Below, in pieces: positions 50,685 through 60,257 of a DNA stretch of 64,000 nt (positions within the stretch are counted from its first letter, which is position 1; each line of letters begins with the position of its first letter). The notes below the pieces were generated by a model, which saw only the letters and a program-made list of their open reading frames with translations, did no database searches and was not told the origin of the DNA. The position numbers and the translations under genes are program-made. This stretch comes from Dehalococcoidia bacterium. GTDB taxonomy: Bacteria; Chloroflexota; Dehalococcoidia; Bin125. The stretch covers positions 704,001 to 768,000 of the forward strand of contig CAXXNO010000004.1 of NCBI GenBank assembly GCA_963663235.2, given 5' to 3'.

Positions 50685-51110
50685 ATGGCCGAGCGTGAGG
50701 TGCAGTGCCCGATCGCGGCGGCGCTCGATGTCGTTGGGGACCGCTGGACGCTGCTGGTGGTGCGCGATCTGCTGCGGGGCTACACGCGATTCAGCGATCT
50801 ACGGCGGGGCGCGGAGGGGATCGCGCCGAACATCCTCTCGGACCGGCTCAAGCGGCTGGAGCGCGAAGGCATCGTGGAGCGGCGGGTATACGGCGACTAC
50901 CCGCCACGCGCGGAGTATCACCTGACCAAGAAGGGCCATGCCTTGGGCGTGGTGGTGGGGGCTCTTTCGTCCTGGGGGCAAGCGTACGGCGAGCACGACC
51001 TGGCGCTGGTGGACCTGGCCTGCGGCCACGGCGTCGATTTGGTCTACCACTGTCCCACGTGTAAGCGGGAGGCCCCGCGGACGCGGTTGCGGATTGTGCC
51101 TGCGTCGTAG
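50685..51110 (+). CDS. HxlR-family winged-helix regulator with a C-terminal Cys cluster
   Basis: CPIAAALDVVGDRWTLLVVRDL...LSDRLKRL...EYHLTKKG; CGH...CPTC. Confidence 0.92.
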   Translation: MAEREVQCPIAAALDVVGDRWTLLVVRDLLRGYTRFSDLRRGAEGIAPNILSDRLKRLEREGIVERRVYGDYPPRAEYHLTKKGHALGVVVGALSSWGQAYGEHDLALVDLACGHGVDLVYHCPTCKREAPRTRLRIVPAS

Positions 51111-51148
51111 GGAGCGGGCGGCGCCTTCAGCCAGCGACGGGAGGCGGA

Positions 51149-51916
51149 ATGCGACCGAACACCGTCAAACAGCTCTGGCGGGAGGACAAGCCCACCTTCG
51201 GGGCCTGGCTGACCTGTGGGAGCACGCTGGTCGCGGAGGAGCTGGGGACGGCCGGCTTCGACTGGCTGCTGGTCGACGGCGAACACAGTCCGGCCGACAC
51301 GCAGATGATGGTGTACATGCTCCAGGCGATCTCTATCGGCAAGTCCATCCCCATGGCGCGGGTGCCGTGGAACGACCCGGTGTGGATCAAGCGCGTGCTG
51401 GACGGTGGGGCGTACGGCGTCGTGATCCCCAACGTCAACAGCCGGGCGGAAGCGGAGCAGGCGGTGAATGCCTGCCGCTACCCCCCGGTGGGGCAGCGCG
51501 GCTACGGGCCGTACCGCGGCTGGCTGTACGGTGGACGCGACTACGCGGAGCACGCCAACGACGAGATCGCCTGCATCATCTCGATCGAGACGCCGCAAGC
51601 CGTCGAGCAGGTCGATGCGATCGTGTCGGTAGCGGGCGTCGATGCTGCCATGGTGGGCCCGGGCGACCTGGCGGTGTCGATGGGGATCGCGCCGCAGTGG
51701 AACAACCCCCACCCCGATCACGTGGCCGCCTGCACCACGGTGCTGGAGGCGTGCAAGAAGCACGGCGTCGTCGCCGGCATCTTCACGAGCGGGGCGGAGG
51801 AAGCCGTGCAACGGGCAGCCGCTGGGTGGCGCTTCCTGCCGCTGGGCGTGGACACGCAATACCTCATGCGGGCCGCATTTCGCGACCTGCGTGCCGCGCG
51901 CAAGGGCACCTCATAG
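51149..51916 (+). CDS. HpcH/HpaI class II aldolase
   Basis: GFDWLLVDGEH, KRVLDGGA, RYPPVGQRG, IET, VGPGDL. Confidence 0.93.
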   Translation: MRPNTVKQLWREDKPTFGAWLTCGSTLVAEELGTAGFDWLLVDGEHSPADTQMMVYMLQAISIGKSIPMARVPWNDPVWIKRVLDGGAYGVVIPNVNSRAEAEQAVNACRYPPVGQRGYGPYRGWLYGGRDYAEHANDEIACIISIETPQAVEQVDAIVSVAGVDAAMVGPGDLAVSMGIAPQWNNPHPDHVAACTTVLEACKKHGVVAGIFTSGAEEAVQRAAAGWRFLPLGVDTQYLMRAAFRDLRAARKGTS

Positions 51917-51983
51917 GAGCGCGGGCCGGGCACCCGAACAGACAGCAGACCCGTTCACGGTCCGGCCGCGGCTCCCGCGGAGG

Positions 51984-54179
51984 CTAAGCCGCCCGGCAGC
52001 AGTCCGCGGGCGGCACCCGTTCCCGAACCGGCACGGGCGCGTGATCAGAGACTCCCGGCACTCGGGTGGGTGAGGCAGCCGCCGACGTGCGAGCCGGCGG
52101 CGCGCTCTCGTGGGCCGACGCGGGGGCGAGATACGCGGTCGTCGAGACCGGCGCGTCGATGCCGGCGGGAGCGGTGTCGGAGACGCCCCGTCGCCACGCG
52201 GTCAGCCGGCGGAGGTGCAGGCGGGCGTAGAGGCCGAAGGGCAGCCTGTAGAGCGACTGATCGACGGCCAGCGGAATCAAGTTGCCCGAGCGCCGCATCG
52301 CCGGCGACAGCAGGTACGCGCCAGCGCCGAGGCCCGGGATCAGCGCGACGAGGGCCACGAGCCCCGTGTGCGTGTCGCGGGCCTGGCGGTAGGCGTCAGC
52401 GTCGATCTCGCCGCTCCAGTACAGCCGCGTGGCGCGGTAGCGGAAGTAGATCACGAGGCCGAAGCGAGCCAGGCTGCCGAAGGGAAAGCGCAGAGGAACG
52501 CTGATGGCCACCGCGATGCCCAGATGGCGCCCCGCGCCGCGCATGGCATCGCTGTGGAGGCGGGCGCGGAGCTCATCGGCGCGCTGTGGAGCGATGCGGC
52601 CGTCGGCGACCCAGCGGTCGAGCGGCTCAGCCATGAAGGCCAGCGCGAACTCCTCGGCGCGCAGCAGGCGGATGCGGACCGGCCGAGCGCGGCGGTCCCA
52701 GTCGAGCCAGTGCCAGAGGCGATGCCCGACCCGGCCGGGCAGGTTGGGCTCGCGGCTCTTCCAGGCCGCCGACCAGCGTTCGCCGTCGGCGACGGCGCGC
52801 TGCAAGCGGGCGAAGTCCGCCGGGCCCAGCGCCTCCCGCAGGGAGTGCTCCTCCCGGCGCAGGTAGGCGTTGAGGCGGTCGAAGTCAACATCGTCGAAGG
52901 TCGGGAAGCGACCCATCCGCAAGAGGCGCGGCAGTTGGCCGAGCGGCTGGATCAGCGGGATCAATGTGGACTCGAGGTCGATGATCTTGAGCGCGCCGTC
53001 CGGCGTGCGGATGAAGTTCGTGTGCGCGTGGGGGTTCTCCGGGTCGATCTGCCAGGTGGGGAGGCCGGCGGCGGCGAAGTTGCGGCGCAGGCCGCGGAGG
53101 ACATCGATGATGGCGGCGTTGTCGGCGGGCTCTTGGCCCTGCACGAGGTCGGTGACGAAGTGAAACTCCCCGCCCTCGACGCGAACGTCGCGCGCGGCAG
53201 CGACCATGTCGGCGCCGGTCCAGTATTGCGTGAGCAGGCCGGTGAACTCGCGGGCCGCCACGGCCGTGCGCAGCGCCTCTTCGCGGGCGGAGTAGGGGAA
53301 GGGAGCCTGGAAGGCGGCCCAGTAGAGGAGGCGCACCGGCAGCGAGGGGCGGTAGACCTTCACCGCGGTGCCGGCCACATCATCGAGGTAGACGGTGCTG
53401 GCGATAGAACCCGCGAGGCGCACGCCATCGGGCGCGTGCACGGGGCGGGAAGGGAGGAGCCGCTTGGCCAGACGAAGGCCCGGCAGGGGCAGCCGGTCGC
53501 GTCGCAGGCTCAGGTAGACCCAGGTCATGCCGATGAGCCAGAGCGCGCCCAGCAACAGCGCGGCCAGAACGTCGGAGGGCCAGTGGGCGCCGTCGGTGAG
53601 GCGCGAGAGAGCCGCGAGCAAGAGGATGGCGAGCACCGGCCCGATCACCAGAGCGCGGCTTCGCCAGGTGGGCAGGCGGACCACCGCGATGACCGCCAGC
53701 ATGCCGAAGACGGCAACCCCGGCGGTGATGTGGCCGCTGGGGAAGGAGGATCCCTCCACGACGGCCGCAACGTCCAGCAGACCCTCGGTGGGGCGGGCCC
53801 GAGAGACGAGCTCCTCGACGATCGCCTTGGGCACCCAGATGGCGGCCGTGAGGCCCATGACGATCGCTTCGACGGGCCGACCCGCCAGCCAGAAGCCCAC
53901 CACCAGCAGCGCCCAGACGACCGGCCCCTCAGGAGCGCCGGTCAAGAGCTCGCCGAAACCGACGGCGTAGTCCCAGAAGAAGAAGTCCACCGACTGCACA
54001 GCGCGCGCGATGGCGAGATCGGCGCGGGGGACGGCGTCGCCCTGGACGGCGACGATCAGTGCGGCCAGCCCTGCGGAGAGCCCGGCGGCGACGGCCAGCC
54101 AAACGGCGGTGGCGTTGTTCCGCGACCGTGCGGGGGCGAGCAGTCGAGGGGCGGCGGAGGCCGAGACTGTGTTAATCAT
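51984..54179 (-). CDS. PAP2 phosphatase fused to a kinase-like C-terminal region
   Basis: PAP2 motifs K..VSRARP, SFPSGH, SRL..GAHWPSDV; then AVKVY, HAHTNFI, KIIDLES. Confidence 0.8.
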   Translation of the reverse strand: MINTVSASAAPRLLAPARSRNNATAVWLAVAAGLSAGLAALIVAVQGDAVPRADLAIARAVQSVDFFFWDYAVGFGELLTGAPEGPVVWALLVVGFWLAGRPVEAIVMGLTAAIWVPKAIVEELVSRARPTEGLLDVAAVVEGSSFPSGHITAGVAVFGMLAVIAVVRLPTWRSRALVIGPVLAILLLAALSRLTDGAHWPSDVLAALLLGALWLIGMTWVYLSLRRDRLPLPGLRLAKRLLPSRPVHAPDGVRLAGSIASTVYLDDVAGTAVKVYRPSLPVRLLYWAAFQAPFPYSAREEALRTAVAAREFTGLLTQYWTGADMVAAARDVRVEGGEFHFVTDLVQGQEPADNAAIIDVLRGLRRNFAAAGLPTWQIDPENPHAHTNFIRTPDGALKIIDLESTLIPLIQPLGQLPRLLRMGRFPTFDDVDFDRLNAYLRREEHSLREALGPADFARLQRAVADGERWSAAWKSREPNLPGRVGHRLWHWLDWDRRARPVRIRLLRAEEFALAFMAEPLDRWVADGRIAPQRADELRARLHSDAMRGAGRHLGIAVAISVPLRFPFGSLARFGLVIYFRYRATRLYWSGEIDADAYRQARDTHTGLVALVALIPGLGAGAYLLSPAMRRSGNLIPLAVDQSLYRLPFGLYARLHLRRLTAWRRGVSDTAPAGIDAPVSTTAYLAPASAHESAPPARTSAAASPTRVPGVSDHAPVPVRERVPPADCCRAA

Positions 54180-54288
54180 CGTGCTTTGCCTTTCGTGCTC
54201 GCCGGGGGCCAGAAGCCGTGTCACGTCGTCCGCAGTGGGTGCGTCCGGCTCCATGAGTCAGGGTGCCAGTCAGTGAAGGCGATCAAGA

Positions 54289-54353
54289 CTGCCGGTCGGC
54301 CGGTTCTGAGGCCCGAAAATCGGCGGGGCCGGCCCCTGCCGATCGGCAGGGGC
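54289..54353 (-). promoter_or_regulatory. Putative NarL/LuxR-type operator, copy 1
   Basis: Perfect palindrome GCCCCTGCCGATCGGCAGGGGC (54332-54353) plus a second CTGCCG..CGGC site; the same architecture recurs at 55730-55794. Confidence 0.55.
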
Positions 54354-54382
54354 TGGGGCGGAGCCGGAGGGGCACAGGCAAA

Positions 54383-54416
54383 CGGCCGGGGCGTCCCTGG
54401 GGGAGCGCCCCGGCCG
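54383..54416 (-). terminator. Hairpin downstream of trxA
   Basis: CGGCCGGGGCG/CGCCCCGGCCG stem followed by TTT on the minus strand. Confidence 0.5.
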
Positions 54417-54456
54417 AAGGGGTGCGAGCCATCGCCCGAGCGGGGGTGGGGGGCGA

Positions 54457-54804
54457 TCAGGCGGGGGCCGCGGATCCAGCGCCGAGGACGGCCTCCAGGT
54501 TCTGGACCACGAACTGCTTGGGCCGGTAGCCCACGATCTCCTTCACCGGCCGGCCGTCGCGGAAGAGGATGAGGGCGGGGATGCTCTGGATGTGAAAGCG
54601 GCGCGCCGTCTCAGGGTTCTCGTCCGTGTTGAGCTTGAAGACGGCGAGGCGGCCATCGTACTCGGCGGCGATCTCGTCGACGATGGGGCCGACGAGGCGG
54701 CAGGGGCCGCACCAGGGCGCCCAGAAGTCGACGAGGGCGGGGAGGTCGTTCTCAAGCACCTCGGTGGCAAAGGTGGCGTCCGTAACGTGCTGTGGCTGAC
54801 TCAT
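54457..54804 (-). CDS. trxA: Thioredoxin
   Basis: VDFWAPWCGPC, IQSIP. Confidence 0.96.
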   Translation of the reverse strand: MSQPQHVTDATFATEVLENDLPALVDFWAPWCGPCRLVGPIVDEIAAEYDGRLAVFKLNTDENPETARRFHIQSIPALILFRDGRPVKEIVGYRPKQFVVQNLEAVLGAGSAAPA

Positions 54805-54860
54805 GGCGATGTTTTCCCTTCTGAGTGAGACTCAAGCGCTCGTCCACTCCCCGGACGCGG

Positions 54861-55352
54861 CTATGCGGCGGAAGCGGCCGCGGCGAGTTGCTCGACGCCG
54901 ATCTTCTCGCCCGTCTCGGCGTAGTACTTCAGGCCGGCGAGCGACTCGCGGATCGTCTTGCCGAGCTTGCGGCGGACGACCAAGCGGTCCAGCAGCGCGC
55001 CCGCGGGCCCACCCTTCATCCGGAAATTCGAGACCAGCGTAACGATCGTTCGGTCGCCGTCGGCGCTGAGGGTGAAGCTGTTATGCACGGACCTAATCAA
55101 AGGGGCGCCCTCAAAGTTGACGTCGTAGCCCATCTTGCGGCCATCCTGCCACTCCGTGATCACCTCGGTGGTCTTGCCGAAGCCATGGACATCGCACTCG
55201 CGCTCGCAGCCGATGCCCTGCGTGGCCTGCGTCGTGACGGTCGAGTGCGAGAGAGTTGGGGCCCACCTAGCGGCCCCACCGACATCGGCGAGGATCTCCC
55301 AGACATCGCTCTGGGGAGCGTCGATCGTGATCCGCTGGATGATTGTGGACAC
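54861..55352 (-). CDS. SRPBCC (polyketide cyclase-like) protein
   Basis: ITIDAPQSDVWEILAD, GIGCERECD, SLAGLKYYAETGE; GAAAGGA RBS. Confidence 0.88.
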   Translation of the reverse strand: MSTIIQRITIDAPQSDVWEILADVGGAARWAPTLSHSTVTTQATQGIGCERECDVHGFGKTTEVITEWQDGRKMGYDVNFEGAPLIRSVHNSFTLSADGDRTIVTLVSNFRMKGGPAGALLDRLVVRRKLGKTIRESLAGLKYYAETGEKIGVEQLAAAASAA

Positions 55353-55442
55353 GTTGCGATTCCTTTCTGTACACGCGGCCGGGATATCCCGGCTTGTCCC
55401 GTTCCTTGCGCTGATGAGGTTGAGCACCGGCGGGCCGAGCCA

Positions 55443-55658
55443 TCAGGCGGCCTGCGGCGGCCGCACGGGGATGGGAACCGGGACCGGCACGGGGGCCCGC
55501 AGCGGGCCGAGGGCCTGCGCGGATTCCCGCAGCGGCCGAGCGCACTGCAGGCAGCGCCATTCCTCGTCCATACGGTCGAAGAAGGCGTCGCCGCCGCAGC
55601 GGCCGCAGGCGTCAATCCGAACCCTCCGAACGGCGGTGGTCGTGGTGGGCATCGTCAT
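55443..55658 (-). CDS. Small zinc-ribbon protein
   Basis: GGAGGAG RBS; CGRCGGDAFFD...WRCLQCAR. Confidence 0.75.
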   Translation of the reverse strand: MTMPTTTTAVRRVRIDACGRCGGDAFFDRMDEEWRCLQCARPLRESAQALGPLRAPVPVPVPIPVRPPQAA

Positions 55659-55729
55659 CGCTGCGCTCCTCCCGCAGCCCCGGCGGGCTGTTCTGACTCC
55701 AGCATCGCGGAGGCCGAGCGCCCGCGCGC

Positions 55730-55794
55730 CTGCCGCGCGGCCGGTTTGCGGGCAGGAAGATCGAGGGGGCGGCGGCCCTGCCGTTTGGCGGGGC
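55730..55794 (-). promoter_or_regulatory. Putative NarL/LuxR-type operator, copy 2
   Basis: CTGCCGCGCGGCCGGTT...GCCCTGCCGTTTGGCGGGGC mirrors 54289-54353. Confidence 0.55.
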
Positions 55795-55833
55795 GGCGGT
55801 GGAGCGAGAGCAGAAGCCAGGCAGCGAAGGCGG

Positions 55834-58249
55834 TCAGGCGTCGAGGAAGCCGCGCTCCCGAGCGACATGGACGGCCTCCGTGCGCGTGGTCACGTCCAGC
55901 TTCTGGTAGAGGTTGGCGATGTGCCACTTGACCGTGCCAGCGCTGAGGGAGAGCTGGGCGGCGATCTCTTTATTGCGGGCCCCGGAGGTGAGGAGCTCCA
56001 GGCCGTCGCGCTCGCGCTTCGTGAGTTGGGAGGTGGCGGCGGCATCGAGGCGGGCGACGAGGCGATCGGCGATCACCGGAGGGATGAGGGAGCCGCCGCC
56101 GTGCACGGTGCGGATGGCCTGGGTGAGGTCGTCGCGGCCGGCATCCTTGACAAGGTAGCCGCGGGCGCCCGCGCGCAGGCCCTCAAAGATCTGCTCATCC
56201 TTGGCGAACACGGAGAGCAAGATGGTGCGGGTCTCGAGGCCCAGCTCCCGGAGGCGGCGAAGCGTGGCGACGCCGTCGAGCCTGGGCATCTGCACGTCCA
56301 GCAGGATCACGTCCGGGGAGAGCTTGCGGACCTGCTCCACGGCCGCCTCGCCGTCTGGGGCCTCACCGACCACGTCGATGCCGTTGGCCTGCTCCAGCAT
56401 GTGGCGGATACCGCGGCGGACGACCTCATGGTCATCGACGATGAGCACGTGGATGCGATCGGCCGGGTCCGCGGCGACGTTGGCCGTGACGGAGGTCTGG
56501 GTGAGGGAGGGCGGCTCCTCCGCGGCGGGGAGGGCGGGGACCACGGCCACGATCTCCGTGCCCACGCCGGGGGCGCTGCGGATGGAGATCTGCCCGTCCA
56601 CCAGCCGGGCGCGTTCCTGCATGCTGGTGAGGCCGAAGCCACGTCCCCCAGCCTCGAGGAGACCGGGCGGCGCGTCGGGGTCGAAGCCGACGCCGTCGTC
56701 CGAGATCTGGAGGCGAATATCGGTGGGGCCGTAGTCCAGCACGATGGTCACACGGGAGGCCTGGGCGTGCTGCTGGACGTTGTTCAGGGTCTCCTGCGCG
56801 ATACGGAGGAGGGTCTGCTCGCAGTGGCGGTCGATGCGGCCGGGGGCCGTGCCGCGCACGTCCACGGAGACATCGATGCCGGCGTCCTGGAATCGCGCCG
56901 CCTCGCGGCGGAGGGCCGCGGCCAAGCCGCCGGACTCGAGCGCGGCGGGCTGCAGGTCCCAGACGGAGCGTCGGGCCTCCTCCAAGCTCTCGCGTGCCTG
57001 CTGTCCGGCGGCCCGGATGGCGGCGCGCAGGTGGTCGCTGCCGGTTCCGAGCTCGTCCTCCGCCGACTCGAGCTGGATGACGATGCCGGTCAGCGACTGC
57101 GCGAGGGTGTCATGGATCTCGCGGGCGAGGCGGTTGCGCTCCTCCAAGACGGCCTTGTCCCGGGCCGCCTGCGTGGCCTCGTCATGGAGCATGGTGTGCT
57201 CCACGACAACCGCCAGGTGGTCGGCGATCTCCTGGGCGAGGTGCACCTCTCGCTCCCCGTAGAAGCCGGGCCGGTGGCTGCCGAAATTGAGCGTGCCGAA
57301 GGCGCGGCCCTTGGAGCTCAGCGGAAGGTGCATTACACAGCGGTAGTCCGAGCCACGGGCCAAGTCCCGCATGAACGGGTACACGTTGTCCTCCCCGGCA
57401 TCATGCACCAAGGGACGACCGGTCCGCATGGCGTCGCCCCAGGGCGTCCCTTCGAGCGGCATGCGGGGGCGCTCGACGTCCGGGGGCGCGGCGCCGGCGC
57501 CGGCGTAGAGCTCCGCGTAGTCGGCGCCCTCGGGCTGCACAAGGAGGACGAGGCGGTCGAACTCGACGATGCGGCGGATCTGCTCGCCGACGCGGTCGAA
57601 GACATCGGCCATCTCATGGCCGGAGCCGGCGATGCGCATCATCTCGTTGAGGAGCTGGACCCGCTCGGCCAAGCGGGCGCTCTCGGCGTCGGCGCGGATG
57701 TGGCGGATGGTGGTCATGCCGTGGCCGGCGAGCGTCTCCAGGGTGGCGCGCTGTACGGGGTCGAAGGGCTCGGCGGAGCGCGCGCCAGCGACGAGGCCGC
57801 CGAAAATCGCCTTCCACGGTGCGGAGCGGGGCGAACAGCAGGCGCTCGATCCCCGAGGCGGCGACCGCGGGGAGGGCGGCGTCCGTCACGACCACCTCAG
57901 TGGTGGACATGGTCGCGGGGGCATCCGCGGCGGCGGCGAGCGCTGCTACGTAGTCGCGGAGCTCGTCAAGGAGCGCGGCGTCCATCGGCTTGCCGCCGAG
58001 GCGCCCCTCGCAGTGCGTACGCGCGCCGTCATCGTCGCGAAGGACCATCAAGCCAAGGGGGACCGCGAGGGCGGAACTCACCGCCGACGCGGTCAGGCGG
58101 GCGACGTCTTGTTCACGGTCGACGAGCGAGAGGGCAGAGGCCACTCCCAGCAGGGCGAACTGATCGGCCGTGTCGCGCTGGCCGTGGCCGGGGCGAGCGG
58201 TGGCGGGCGCGCGCTTGGAGGTCGATCGGGTCTTGCGCCGCGCCGGCAT
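55834..58249 (-). CDS. Hybrid GAF-GAF-HisKA_3-HATPase-REC-LuxR HTH signalling protein, frameshifted near 57805
   Basis: ERNRLAREIHDTLAQ, DDGVGF, VDDHEVVRRG, LDVQMP, NKEIAAQL..TVKWH; an extra T in GATTTTC separates the N-terminal ORF 57614..58249. Confidence 0.88.
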
Positions 58250-58861
58250 CTAGGCCCGCGCAGCCAACTCCGCCAAGAGATCCGCGGGGTCCTGATGGAG
58301 AGTGTTGTGCACCAGGACCTGGCCCATGATGCAGAGCGGGTGGGAGCGGAGTGCGTCCATGACGGTATCGCCACCGAAGCGGGTGAGATCGAACTGGCAG
58401 AGGGCGATGATGGGCCAGCCATCGGCCACCTGATCGTAGAGCGCCTCCCAGCGCAGCATCTCCGCCACGGAAGTGCGGCCGGCCAGCGCCCAGCCGCCAT
58501 CGCCGGCCAGGCGGACCGTCTGGTAGCCGGCGTCGAGGCTGTCCTTGACCACGCGGTTGAAGAGCGCCTGCATGTCTTGGCGGTTCGCCTCGCCGGGGTG
58601 CAGAAAGAGGCGTCCGTTGGATTCGGCCTCGGCGGCGTCGAGACTGTGCGAGTCGAGCCAGGCGCGAAAGCGGTCCGCGGCGTCCGGGCTGGCGATGACG
58701 GCGCAGCGCTCCCCGCGGCGGAGGCCTTCCGCGATGTAGGGGCCGAGGACGCTGAACATCTCGGCGTCGCCGCGATAGAAGTGGGCGATGTGATCACCGA
58801 CGGCGACGGTCGCGCCGCCGAAACCGAGCGGAACCTCCATCGCGCCTTCTCGTGCGGCCAT
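58250..58861 (-). CDS. MEDS sensory domain protein
   Basis: GDHIAHFY, EGLRRGE, VRLAGD, WEA, ALCQFD, ALRSHP. Confidence 0.88.
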   Translation of the reverse strand: MAAREGAMEVPLGFGGATVAVGDHIAHFYRGDAEMFSVLGPYIAEGLRRGERCAVIASPDAADRFRAWLDSHSLDAAEAESNGRLFLHPGEANRQDMQALFNRVVKDSLDAGYQTVRLAGDGGWALAGRTSVAEMLRWEALYDQVADGWPIIALCQFDLTRFGGDTVMDALRSHPLCIMGQVLVHNTLHQDPADLLAELAARA

Positions 58862-58956
58862 GGCAAATCTCGCCGCTTCCCTATGTCCTGTGCGATCAGG
58901 TCAAGGATATAGCACGGAGCAGGCTCCCACAGCGAAGCCCACATCGCCGACGGCGT

Positions 58957-59772
58957 TCACGGCGTCTCTATCCGCCGGACGTAGCGCGCAACGGAGCGGC
59001 GCACGGCCTCCTTGGCACCAGCGAGGATGTTCCGGTTCCACCATGCGCCGTAGATGTGATCGAAGGGATAGGACTCCACGGCGGCGACGATGCGGCGGAC
59101 CTGAGCGGCCGACAAGGGGACCAGGTTGGGATAGCTATACATGAAGCTGACGTGGCGCCGGTCCAGGGCGACGGTGATGGAATCCCCGGCCAAGAGGGCG
59201 CCCCGACCGTCCGCGCCATCCGCCCAGTGCAGCACGGCGCTGCCGGGGAAGTGGCCGCCGCATTGGATCAGCGTCAGGCCGGGCAGGAGCTCCAGGGGCT
59301 CGCCGTCCCAATAGCGGATGACGGGATCGGGACGCATCACCCACTCGCGGTCGGCCTGGGGGATGTAGATCGGGGCGCCGTCGAAGGCGTGGCTCCAGGA
59401 GACCATGCTGTCGTAGAAGTGGGGATGGGAGAGGCAGATGCCCTGGATGCCGCCGCGTGCGGTGATGGCGCGCACGGTCTCGTCGTCGAGGTAGCTGACG
59501 CAGTCGAAGAGGATGTTGCCGGCGCCGGTCTGCACGAGGAGCGCCCGCTGGCCGATGCTGAAGGCGGGCGTGATGCCGATGCCGGTCAAGCCCGGCGCCT
59601 CGTCGCGGATCTCGTTGCGGTAGCCATCGGCCCGTAGCTGGGCCATGGTGGTCCAGCGCTGGCCCTCCCAGCCGACGTACTGGCGCTCGTCCTCGCAGAT
59701 GGCGCAGCGCGAGGGCGGATCGTCGGCGGCCGCGTACTCCACGCCGCAGGTCAGGCAGATGTAGGGTTGCAC
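58957..59772 (-). CDS. MBL-fold metallo-hydrolase
   Basis: ICLTCG...CAICEDERQY, SHPHFY, GGHFPGS, FMYSYPN. Confidence 0.92.
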   Translation of the reverse strand: MQPYICLTCGVEYAAADDPPSRCAICEDERQYVGWEGQRWTTMAQLRADGYRNEIRDEAPGLTGIGITPAFSIGQRALLVQTGAGNILFDCVSYLDDETVRAITARGGIQGICLSHPHFYDSMVSWSHAFDGAPIYIPQADREWVMRPDPVIRYWDGEPLELLPGLTLIQCGGHFPGSAVLHWADGADGRGALLAGDSITVALDRRHVSFMYSYPNLVPLSAAQVRRIVAAVESYPFDHIYGAWWNRNILAGAKEAVRRSVARYVRRIETP

Positions 59773-59849
59773 CGTTGCCTTTCTCGTTGCCCCTCCTGTA
59801 ACCCTCCCCGGGGGCCCTCCCCGTCAGCGGGCGACCGGCCGTGGGCGGG

Positions 59850-60047
59850 GAAAAACGGCCCGCACGGGTCCGACCCGTCCGTACCAGATGGGCGGTGGGG
59901 CCGGAACGGCCTCAGGGTGACAGTTACTGCCACGATTCAGACAGGATCCTGCCACGTTTCCCGCAGGTTTCCGACAGCCGGGCGCGCGTCCCGGATCGGG
60001 CGGGGGCGGATCAGCCCAGATGAGATGCCGAGCAGATCGCGAACCAC
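59850..60047 (-). ncRNA. ssrS: Probable 6S RNA (about 200 nt structured RNA)
   Basis: TATACT -10 box at 60054-60059; 5' GGUUCGCGAUCUG pairs with 3' CGGGUCGGACC; inner CCGGGA/UUCCGG and CGGC/GCCG stems around a bubble; ends at a U-tract. Confidence 0.6.
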
Positions 60048-60257
60048 GGTTCCAGTATAGACGACCCGCGGTGACAGGCGCGTGATGGGTTGTCGTCGCG
60101 GCGACCAGAGCCCCTCCGGCTCGCGCCGGAGGTTTGCGCTTTCCGCCGGAACATCGTCGAGCCGCTTCTGGACGGCAAGAGTGGGGATGCACAAGACTGA
60201 GCGAGCGGGGAGTCGCCCCGGGTGGGTGGACGAACGTCAACGAAATGGAGATTTCCG

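Noticed and set aside
57790-57815. Programmed ribosomal frameshift in the hybrid kinase
   Set aside because: A simple extra base in a T4 run, matching the indel pattern elsewhere; no canonical slippery heptamer.
55135-58329. 1064-aa plus-strand ORF, and similar long ORFs at 52110..54572, 9488..11371, 33699..34832 and 17982..19175
   Set aside because: They are antisense shadows of clear genes in high-GC DNA and carry no recognisable motifs.
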